A DNA stretch of 63,850 bases, filler included, from Lenisia limosa (lineage: Eukaryota; Protista; Breviatea): the NCBI GenBank assembly GCA_001655205.1. It is 10 parts of 10 records of this genome, joined end to end, with 100 filler letters (N's around TTAATTAATTAA, not from the genome) between each part and the next. Parts side by side here need not be neighbours in the genome. Positions count along the whole stretch, not along the records: positions 33,682 to 58,326 come from LPNZ01010837.1; 9 more parts are not named here. The stretch is one strand, 5' to 3'. This document shows positions 41,263 to 52,122 of the stretch, one piece after another. The translations under genes and the position numbers were made by a program. Within the stretch, counting starts at the first letter, position 1; the number at the start of each line of letters is the position of its first letter. Under the pieces are notes generated by a model. The model saw nothing but the letters and a program-made list of their open reading frames with translations, searched no databases and had not been told where the DNA came from.

Positions 41263-42348
41263 CTGGGAGAGATAATCTTCATAGTACACAACACTGTGCT
41301 CAGCATCCACACTGGGAGGAGTGAATTAAGAGAGGTAACAATTCGGTATTTATACAGCATTGTGCCAAAAAACAAACCACCTACCTGGCAGCAAGCATCT
41401 CCTCAACCTCTTCTCCCGTCAGCGCCTCACCCTGGCTCGTGAGAAGGTCACTCAACACCCCGGCGTCAATGTAACCCTTGCCCTCGGGGTCAAGAACCTG
41501 GGGGTAAACGAAGAAAAATATGACGAAGAATATGGAAGGAACGTACAAATTACAGAACTAAAAATCAGAAGTGATGGCAAGTCAACATATGATGTTATAT
41601 TTCTTCATGGTCACATTGTTTATCTCAAATGCGAAGCCGACAGACTTGTATCTAATTTGCTTTCCTGTCATAATTTTAGAACAACTCTTGAGGGAGTTAG
41701 TCTGTTGCCCACTTTGAAGGCTTTCTGTAGTCTCTCTATTGAAGAGGCAGGATAGAGGTCCTTAGTCAGTAGTGGTAACACGACCTGTTCTACTCTTTCA
41801 TAGTGCACCCTTGCCTCGCCCTCAATTTCAATCTTCAAAGATGAGATATGATCATTTAGTAAGCCTAAATGATGTACACATGAAATATTTTTCCAATGTG
41901 ATTCAGTACCAAGACAAATATGAAATTTTGCTAATGACCATGTACCCCCCCCCCAAGACCTGTTTTATGATATTCTGCAATTCTGCCTGCGGCGGAGAAA
42001 TGCCCAAACTTCTGATGACTGTTGACAGTTCCCTGGAGTGTGAGTGAAGCATCAAGAAAAACCGTAAATAACATTAATAAGAAGACTCTATACCAATAAA
42101 ACCAATAAAAAGTACCCTAATAAAACCAATAACAAGCCAGTGTGTCCCTAGTAAAACCAATAGCAAGCCAGTATATCCCGCAGCAACTTTGTTAAAACAC
42201 AAAAGGCCCATGACAAATGTCCTTAGAGGAAGGGGGGAGTATAAACCTCTCACTTCACTTCGATTGCATTGGTGCTGTCATGATCAAATACCGTGAATAT
42301 CTGATGGATTTTGTCACGAAGGGCTTGGGCATCCTCGGGGGAAGTCAT
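41263..42348 (-). CDS. EFCAB2: EF-hand protein EFCAB2 / dynein regulatory complex subunit 8-like
   Basis: Spliced: MTSPEDAQALRDKIHQIFTVFDHDSTNAIEVxELSTVIRSLGISPPQAELQNII...ERLQKAFKVLDPEGKGYIDAG...QGEALTGEEVEEMLAASVDAEHSVVYYEDY. The FDH..N...RE...IIRSLG..P...EL and EEMLxAAxD....YxDY patterns fit EFCAB2 better than calmodulin. Confidence 0.75.
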
Positions 42349-42645
42349 AATGACGCGGACCTCAGAAAAGGTGTCTGACTTGTGTTTTTGATTGTTGGGT
42401 GAAACAAATTATGTTGAAATGCTTTTTGTTATATTTATGCCACACAAGCGATTTAGATGGTTGGATAGAAAGGCTTGAAAGGGGCAGGAAAAAGTGGAAA
42501 AAGGGAAAAAGTGTAGGGAGGCGTATATAAAAACAAATATTGTACCAGTATTTTCCTTTTCACGAAAAAAAAATCGAAAGCGCTTCTCTAAAATCGTATC
42601 TGACTGTGACATATATACGACGTAAAAGATCCAGAAAACAGCAGG

Positions 42646-45600
42646 ATGATGAAGTATTTCTTTTTACTCCTCGCTCTCTTCGCTCTGACTCAGGCGACGA
42701 CTGGTGAGTCCCAGCTTACCAATGATGATAACTCTGTAGTCGAGGACACCCGCTACTGCGCACCATGCAAGCTGGTCGTTAATGGTTTGTCGTTTTTGCA
42801 TATTAGCCTTACTTACCTTTTTAGCTGCCGAGAAGTGGTTGAACCAGGTTTGATAGTGCTTGATATGAGCTTACAAGGGCTTTCGTTTTTTTTCCGCACA
42901 ATTTGGTACTAATTCCTTATATTTCACCGTTTGGAAGAGCTAATATGTCGTAGAACTCCACTGTGGTAGGTTATTCGGAGTATTTCTTCTTATTTTCAAG
43001 GTTGAAATTGAGCATTTCATTGAGAAGCTTTGCCCCGTCCTTTCTATGATCCCTGAGAAGGAATGTGATGCCCTTATCGAGACTGTAAGGCGAAGTGTGG
43101 TTCAGGCTTCACTTACATTCCAGTATGTTCCCGTTATTATCAGATGGATTGATCAGAAGGAAACTCCCGAGGTTCTTTGTGCCCAGTTCCATCTTTGCCC
43201 TCCCGTTACCGTTTCCAAGGTTGACGAGTGCGGCCTTTGCAAGGTTGTTCTCAAGGGTAGGAATTCCACGCACAACTCTTCGTCACTCATTCTCTACCAG
43301 CCTCTGAGGAGTACCTTGCTAAAAACCGTACTGAAGTTGAGATTGAAGACTTCCTCCAGAAGCTTTGCTGTTGGCGGGGGGATTCGGACAGTTTATTGGG
43401 TCCTTGGAATGAGTTGAATTGACCGCCCACATTTTTTCACTAATCAGCCGTTCTCCCCATGGACAAGACCGAATGCGGTGACATCATCATGACCTACGTT
43501 CCCGTCCTCGTCAACTGGGCCGAGACCAAGTACCCCCCTGAAGTGGTCTGCCAGATGACCGGATTCTGCAAGAAGGAGGTCCACGAGCCCACCACCCCCA
43601 TCGAGCCCGTCGGCAAGGCTGAGTGCACTCTCTGCAGTGAGTGGTGGTAATATTTCCGGCCCGGATGCTTTGCCGTCGGCTCTTTCCGAACGCCATAATT
43701 CTTCTGATACCCCCCCCNNNNNNNNNNNNNNNNNNNNNNNNNNNNNNNNNNNNNNNNNNAGATCGAGTCTGTGATTGAGAAAGACATCTGCCCCATCCTC
43801 CCCATCTCTGCCGCCCTCTGCAACAGCGTATGCTAAGATGGTTTAGTCCACGGGGCCCTCCATTTGCTTCTTATATCATTTACCATGATAATAATGGTGG
43901 CTCAACCCAAGACATACATTATGTTTTCTTTCCTACATGGTTTATTCACCCTGTAGATGGTCGAGAAGTACACCCCTCTCATCATTGTCATGCTCGACAA
44001 GAACTACCCTCCCGAGGTTCGCGTCCCTGCGTCTTTGAGGCCAGCCATCCTTTCCTCATGTTTTCACCGTTTTTAAAATTCTTAGCTAGGGTTGTTGTTT
44101 TGCTTTTACACCCCTTACCTCCCTGTAGAAGATCTGCGAGATGTTCCATCTCTGCGAGCCCGAGGTTATCGAGCCTGTCAACGAGTCAGGCGAGTGCGTT
44201 CTCTGCAGTGAGTCCGGCTGGCTTGTTTAAGAGAAATAAATCTCTAAATATAAAAACACCTTATCCTGTTTACGACTCCAGAGACTGTTCTCAAGTTCGC
44301 TGAGAAGGAGCTGAACAACAACCACTCCATCGCCGAGATCGAGAAGTTCCTCGAGGACAACGTGTGCCCCACCCTCCCCATCCCCACTGGCCTCTGCGAC
44401 AAGATGGTTGTCAAGTACACCCCCATCATCGTTGAGATGCTCGAGAAGAAGCTCGACCCCGAGGTATGGCCGCCTTTCATAGCAATGGCATCAGCTGCTT
44501 CATTCCCCGCAACCATCCACGATTACCGGGGGTATTGACCCTCCAGACTGTGTGCATCAGCTTCAAGATGTGCAAGCCTGAGGAGAAGCCCATGCCCAAG
44601 CCCCTCGGCGGCCAAGGCGAGTGCGTCCTTTGCAGTAGGCATGGAACCAAACAAAACTCTTATGACCAGGGGCAAATCGCAAATATTCTTTATTTTAGGG
44701 GATTTTGAAATAACCGATTTAACCGATTTTTAATGATGAAATGGTCGTGTTTTGGTTTAACCAGCAGAAACCATCCTTGAGTGGGCCGAGAAGGAGCTTA
44801 AGGACTCCAACAACGTCACTGAGGCCACCGTCAAGAAGTTCCTCGACGAGAAGGTGCCTGGGTTTATTGATATCTTTATCCATTGCTTGGGCTTGATCTC
44901 TTTTTCCCTCGTGGAGATTCAATAATTAGAATGTGTCCTCATTCCATTCCAGTAGTACTCATGCCACAGGTCTGTCCCAGCCTCCCCATCCCCGAGAGCC
45001 TCTGCGAGTCCCTCGTTGCCAACTACATTCCCATGATCATCCAGATGCTCGAGGAGAAGATTGACCCCGATGTGAGCATCTGGCTCTTTTAATACTAGAT
45101 GTATATCATTTTGGGATGAAATAATAACCTGGTNNNNNNNNNNNNNNNNNNNNNNNNNNNNNNNNNNNNNNNNNNNNNNNNNNNNNNNNNNNNNNNNNNN
45201 NNNNNNNNNNNNNNNNNNNNNNNNNNNNNNNNNNNNNNNNNNNNNNNNNNNNNNNNNNNNNNNNNNNNNNNNNNNNNGAAGGTTGTTGAGCCTGTCCAGA
45301 ACGATGGCGAGTGCTCTCTCTGCAGTAGGCTGACCGGCTTTTGGGGCTTCACTTGACTGAATGGTCCGGTTTATTGAGTTGTCCTCTTCTTGCTTTTCCC
45401 ACCTTGATTTGAATATCATGAACCAAGCAATAGTCACCCCCTTCTCACCGCGTAGCCTGGGTCATGAACCTCGTTGAAGAGAAGCTTGCCAACAACGTCA
45501 CCGAGGCCGAGATCGAAGCTTTCATTGAGAAGAACATCTGCAACGCCCTCCCCGTCCCCGAGAAGATCTGCGACAGCGTAAGCAGACTCGCACCTGCTTC

Positions 45601-48136
45601 TTCTTTTGCTTGGACTTATGATTATTATTGTATGATCCCTTTTGACGATCCAGATTGTTGAGAAGTACCTTCCCGCCATCATCGTCAAGCTCGAGGCCAA
45701 GTACCCTCCCCAAGTAAGCCGGAATGTCCTGATGTGGTTTTAAATTACATTACCCAAGATTCCAATCCCCATTTTCGTGGTCNNNNNNNNNNNNNNNNNN
45801 NNNNNNNNNNNNNNNNNNNNNNNNNNNNNNNNNNNNNNNNNNNNNNNNNNNNNNNNNNNNNNNNNNNNNNNNNNNNNNNNNNNNNNNNNNNNNNNNNNNN
45901 NNNNNNNNNNNNNNNNNNNNNNNNNNNNNNNNNNNNNNTGTGTCACCATGGTCGACGGCGTTGAGAACGTGGGCTGGGCTGGCACATGAGTAGGGCTTCA
46001 CTTCGGTTCGAAAAAGACTTTTCAATAGTGCCATCTTTTTGTTCTTTTGCCGAAGCTGCTCCAACTCTGACGCCCTAGTGGATCGCCTCCAACTCCACCA
46101 TGAACGTTATCGAGAACTTCATTGAGGGGATCTGCTCCTTCATCCCCTTCGGCTCAGAGTACTGCGACTCTCTCATTGAGAAGTGGACCCCTGTCGTCGT
46201 TGAGTGGGTGATCGACAACGCTGACGGCCAGACCCTCTGTGCTGCCATTGACATCTGCGCCGCCCCCGCCGCCGTGGAGCCCGTCAAGGTATGGGCTGTC
46301 TTCAGCTGTTATTTCGCGGTCTTTTGAAAGCACTGTTTTTCTGTTCGATTCTTGCCTCATTGCCCCAGTCCGAGTACTGCGGCCTCTGCAAGATTGTCAT
46401 CAAGTTCGCCGAGAAGTTCCTCTTCAAGGTTTGGCTCCATACTCACTATTAAGTAATGTGCATGATGTGCCTACCTTGGGTTTGTTTCATCTTCAAATAG
46501 TATACACCAGGCAATTATCCCTCACTTTGCAGTACCTTGAGAAGGAGGACACCGAGAAGGCTGTTGAGCACTTCCTGGAGGACGTGTGCCACATCATTGG
46601 CCTCAACCCCGACTCGTGCGACGCTGTCGTTGAGCAGGTTAGTATGCCTTTCGTTCGGCTCAATATGGCTGCTTTTGTTGAGGTTTTCGAGGAATTGAGA
46701 CCATTTTCCTCATTCCCCCAGTATTATGCTACCGTGCTTCATTGGCTCGAGACCAAGGCCACCCCCGAGGAAGCCTGCCACGCTACCGGTCTCTGTATGG
46801 CTCCTCCTAAGGTCGGCTGACACTCCTTATTTGGTTCATTTCTCTCTTCTTGTCCTGCCATTTTGATGATACCCCCTCCCCCGAGTGATGGAATGCGGTG
46901 CTGCAGCGACTGACCTGGGCTTTGTTTGTGTTGTTCTCAACCCTCGTGTGTTGTCAGCCAACAGAGTTGATTTGGTTTTTTTTGTTTCATAAATTTTCCN
47001 NNNNNNNNNTTTTTCTGTTCTTGTCATCTGACTTTTATCTAGTTTTAGCGTTGTTTGCTCGTGTTTACTATTGCTTATTTTTTTTTTGTTTTAATTTCAG
47101 ATTTTTTGGTTTGTGATCCTTTACGCCAATATTCTTCTTCGAAATTTCCGTTTTACTCNNNNNNNNNNNNNNNNNNNNNNNNNNNNNNNNNNNNNNNNNN
47201 NNNNNNNNNNNNNNNNNNNNNNNNNNNNNNNNNNNNNNNNNNNNNNNNNNNNNNNNNNNNNNNNNNNNNNNNNNNTGCTCGGGCTGCGAGTGGGCTGTGG
47301 AGTATGCTGAGAACTGGATCACCAAGGACAACCACACCGCTATCATTGAGCACTTCATTGAGGAGGCCTGCCCCGTCATCCCCATCGACGGCGACACTTG
47401 CGGTAAGCGGAACCTGGGTGGACATTATATCGCTAGGTTTTTATGATATTTTATGATATTTAAGTTTTCTTTGCGTTTTCTGGCAGTCGTACTCTGACTT
47501 TGTAGTGGACTTCATTGAGAAGTTCGTTCCCGAGATTCTTGAATACATCTTCGGCAAGGAGACCCCCGAGGTCTTCTGCTCTTTCCTTGGTATGCGCTCT
47601 TGTGATGCCTTGTTATACTCCCCTCCCTCCCTTCCCAGTGTGTTTTATTGTCTTTGTAAACCGCTAGAGTGGTGTGTCTAGTGTCCTCATCTTTTCTACC
47701 CCCTCATCTTTTCTACCCCCCCCCCTAGGCGCCTGTGACGCCGCTCTCAGCATCACCGAGGCTGAAGAGTGCAAGTTCTGCACCATCCTCTCCAAGGCTG
47801 CTGAACGCTGGTTGAGCAAGGACTCAACTGAGGCTGAGGTGCGAGGGATCAAGATGGTTGTTTTTGGGCATTGGACTTGGAAACCCTTTTGACACCCCAG
47901 GTTGAGCATTTTGTCTCTAAGATGTGCAAGTACCTCCCCACCAAGCTCCAGGCCCAATGCGGCGCCGTAAGGGGGCTTCTTTTATCGATTTGTAACACGA
48001 AGACACAATGATCATACAGACAGCTACATTTTTCAAATATCACCCTCCTCAGGTTGTGGAGCAATACACCCCCATGGTCATGCAGTACATTGAGGGCAAG
48101 ATCTCAAGTGACCAAATCTGCAGCCATGTCTGCTAA
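42646..48136 (+). CDS. Secreted multi-saposin (SapB repeat) precursor, about 10 domains
   Basis: Signal peptide MMKYFFLLLALFALTQA, then repeated CxxC...(I/V)C...C...Y.P.I...L....P..(I/V)C....C units (e.g. CAPCK, CGLCK, ECVLC, CGLCK, CKFCT), ending QICSHVC*; some exons lie in gaps. Confidence 0.92.
45991..46020. mobile_element. MITE family A, left TIR only, in a saposin-gene intron
   Basis: TAGGGCTTCACTTCGGTTCGAAAAAGACT. Confidence 0.75.
46887..46999 (+). repeat. Repeat family I copy in a saposin-gene intron
   Basis: GATGGAATGCGGTGCTGCAGCGACTGACCTGGGCTTTGTTTGTGTTGTTCTCAACCCTCGTGTGTTGTCAGCCAACAGAGTTGATTTGG...CATAAATTTTCC. Confidence 0.9.
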
Positions 48137-48542
48137 CTCCCAATATCGCCTAGAATGAATTGTACTCTTCGAAGACGTTTATATTCAATACATCATATCT
48201 TCACCAAAGAGTATGGCTCCAATTGAGGCTTTACGTGTATCCACTACTTATTCAGCGCTGCATGTAATTTCACTCTGAGAATTAACGTTTCGCTCAACAG
48301 TGCATGGCTCGTTGAATAGAATATCATGCTATGAATGCAGCTGTGTGACAGGGATTCATAGTAACTCCAATTCCAATATGTTCCTGAATGGTTTACCAAT
48401 GTTAGTTGTTAATAGCATTATTCATAGTTATTCACTCAGAATTCAATGCACTGCATTTCTATACATACCCAATAATACACCAGAAATCAGACTCATCTAT
48501 GGAAATGACACGCTTCCAAAGCATGTAACCTCGTCCCTGTTC

Positions 48543-51500
48543 CTAGTCCTCTTCGGGGACCGGATCCTCCCATGTCGGCTCATCCTGGAGGGTCAAAACC
48601 CTTTCATTGTTTTAACATTGTGTAATTTGTTGCGTTTTTATGTTTTTCCCCCCAAACCTCATCAGAGAGCAATCGAATGACCGTCATCACGAAGCCGAGG
48701 GAGGAGAACAGAAGCCCCGCAAACACAAGCGCCATTCCAACAAAACGAGGCTATATCGTCAGCAATTGGGTAATTCAAAAACAAGGAGTTGAAAGCGAAA
48801 GTCAAGCAATATAGCCCATATAATAGTACTTATTAAACCAAATCTTACTTTCATAACACCAGGCGGTCTGATTTTCCAAATCAAAAGGCCTAAATAATGA
48901 AACAACCTTCATCTTCTCCAAAAAAACAACATCAAAGCTGCAATGGCTTACCACCCCTCATACCGGGTATTGTGAACACAACGGGCAGTCCAAAGAGGGA
49001 GCCATTGAAGGCAAACACCGTTTCGATGGCTACAAAATTAGCAACATTCCGTTGCTAGCACAACATGGGGGGCATCAAAAACAAATTGCCTTATTGAAAC
49101 ATTGTGTGAAGATTAGAAATAAAAACAGGTTCTTTGACTTAACTAACCAAAGCTGTCCACACTATCACGCTTATTGGAGATTTTGGAATATTATAATAAT
49201 AAAAATTTACCCAAACCTTTTCCTTAAAACTATCTGAACACGTTCTGCAAGGAAGTGTTTAATATTATGTGTTTCCATGTGATAAGTCAACAGCCACTCC
49301 TCTCCCACTCGGTACGGCCCATGCAACAACAAAGCTCAGAGCAGCCAGAATGATATAAGACGTGTGTCTGACTCGACTGTAAGGCTTGCCAGGGAAAAAC
49401 ACTTCGTCAAGCTGAGTCTGTTAATGCTATTTTTTTGGGAGATTTTTAGGACAAAGAAAATAACAGGCATTTAAAGGTTCAACTGCCAACCGATTTCCGA
49501 ACAGCAAAGAAAACAAGGGGGAACGAGAATATAAGTGTCAAAGTGAGGCCGCAACGAGCAGCCATGGCAAAGATATTCGAATCCCTAAGGAAGTCACAAC
49601 AATGAAAGAAAAGAGTGTGGTCTAGGTTCACTTCGGTTCAAAAAAAGACTGAATTTCTCAATAAAGCCTCGAAAACTATCGATAATTTACCAGTCTTTTT
49701 AGAACCGAATTGAAGCCCTACATACTCCCCTCAACTTCCATAATATGGTCCACAGCTTACTCATATAATGCGAGGACAGAGCCTGGGGTCTCATCTCCTC
49801 CCTGCGCGTAGCCAGCAAGGGACTAAAACGTGACTATCGAAAGGAGAATGGGGTTTTCAACCAAAGGTGTGAGTGAGAGGCTTTACCTCGGTTCCCAAAA
49901 AGACGATGAAAATATCAACATTTATCAAGGTTTTATCAAGAAATTGTCTATAATATATGGACCTTCGGAAGCAATGAGTATGTCCAATTCTCTTGTAAGC
50001 GTCACATTTCAATAGCTTCCAAGTGACGTACCATCCAGAAGTACATAAACAAGCACGCAAGTTGTGTGAAGAGAATGACCTTCCTGAAGGCCTTGGCCGA
50101 AGACGGCTAAACCGTCAGTGGTTGTTTATACATTTTGAGGAAGAAAAATAAAAAATCTTGAATCAAAATCAAATATGATCTTACATACATATCATATATT
50201 AGTATATAGTATGATCATATAATAAAAAAATTTTCTTTGTCAACTCCGTCCCCAACAAAATATTTTATTATTTGAAAATAACTACACGCTGTGGTCCAAC
50301 CCACAGTAATAGACTGGTAAATAGCAAGCGCGTTGTAGTGGCAAGCAAATGACACCGTGACAATAGGAACCCCCATAAAGAAGTCGAACGACGGCTCAAT
50401 TGTCGACACCGTCTACAATGTCAGTTTGGTTCAGTTCATCGGCGAAAATGAAAATTGACGACTACATGACAAAACCCGTTCACAACTAAAAAATCGATGG
50501 AGCCCCAGCCTGTGTATGTGATGTAGCCCTTAGACCTCATGGATTTCGGTAGTCAACGCATGACCGACCACAACGGCGATGGCGAAGACAACGCAAATGA
50601 GGGCAACAAACGACGTCGGGGACAGACGATTGACGTCTGAAGGATCAGCCACATATGTGGCGACATGGTGAACAAGGACCAATACAGCATAAAATAAAGA
50701 AGACTAGTAATGAATCCCCAAAATAAGTATATTTTTTTACACTTCACAATTGGTTTTTCAGTGGATACAGAAGAGAAACCAGTTAATATTATCATTGCTT
50801 TTCTAGGGTTGGAATGAGACCACCCACTTCGGATACAGCAAAGCGGCCCAATAACTGTCACAAAAATGACCGGGAGGATAAAATCCCTATCAGAGACAAA
50901 TGAATTCCCAATGAGGTTTCGGAGAATTGAAGAGACAAACTCGCCTAGGTTATCAGAAAGAAATCGGGGTAATATGTAGAGACCCACCAATGAAAACGGC
51001 ATAAGCGGTGCAGCTTCCCAGGGTATATAGCAGGATCATGGCTTGGAGAGGCCGCCCAACAGCTTTGCCGAAGCAGTGTTCGGCTAAAGAGCGGTAGCTG
51101 AAAGCCTTGATGTGTTCGGCTAAGACAGTGAGATATGTACATATGTCCAAAAAATGACTTTTAAAAACCCCTTATTTGTTAGTTTGCTGCAAAATGGCGC
51201 ATTTTGTGATTCCAAGTTCTATTTCGCAAAGGTTGTTATGCAAGAAGATAGCAACAAGGCCTAAAAACATATCTATATCTGTACCTGCACAGGCAAGGCC
51301 ATTGAGAGAGAGTGCCGACAATAACGACACCAACATCATCAAAAGAAGGCCTGGAGAGATGAAATGCCAACACTATTCCGTTTAAATACCCTTCATAGGA
51401 AAACACATCCGATAACAACAAATGTTATTACAATGCTGTCCAGATTTGGAAAATAAACAGTGCGATAGTGGACGGATGATAGTAAGCCACAGTGGCAAAA

Positions 51501-51749
51501 AGTACGGTATTAGCCTACCAGAAACCCATCCCATGCATCGCACAGCATATGGCAGGGCAAGTACACCTGACCCAACAACAGTGTTGGTGAGGTTGAATGT
51601 AGCGGCAGAGAGGTTCTTGGAGGTCGGTTTATCTGTCCAAAAATAAGATTTGTAAGGTATTATTTGGATTGAGCGAGTGGTAGACGTGAGAGAGGCCTAC
51701 CAGGCTTGAAAAGCGAGGGAAACTCGCCAACCAGCGGCTTTTTTTCCAT
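48543..51749 (-). CDS. Amino-acid transporter, Aa_trans (SLC38/SLC36/AAAP) family, multi-exon
   Basis: ATFNLTNTVVGSGVLALPYA, YRSLAEHCFG...ILLYTLGSCTAYAVFIG, VPIVTVSFACHYNALAIY, AARCGLTLTLIFSFPLVFF and VFAFNGSLFG in order; the stop follows DPVPEED. Confidence 0.92.
49623..49720. mobile_element. MITE family A, full copy in a transporter intron
   Basis: TAGGTTCACTTCGGTTCAAAAAAAGACTG...CAGTCTTTTTAGAACCGAATTGAAGCCCTA. Confidence 0.85.
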
Positions 51750-52122
51750 TCTGCTGCCTTTCCGAATTTACTTATTAATTATTAAACAACACAGCTATAC
51801 CCAGTATTGACCCAGTATTCACAATTTCGCTTTCTTTCTCGCCTTTACTTTTCCCTGTTCGCCGGCGGAACTCCGATTTCAACTTCTTTACCAGAGGAGG
51901 ACCCGGCGGCGGATCGAGAAGCTTTGATTTAATTTATTTTGGGGGAGCGATTATGCTTATCGGCTGGGCTTCTTCAAAACCAACTTTTCATTTCTTCAAT
52001 TCGCCTTTTTAACATTGTGTTAGGAGAGAAAAAAAAAAGCAATACGAAGCGATAATACGAAGAGCTTGTTTGAGATCAGATCTGCTGAAATGTAGTTATC
52101 GCAAAGGCCTTCTCTGAACACC

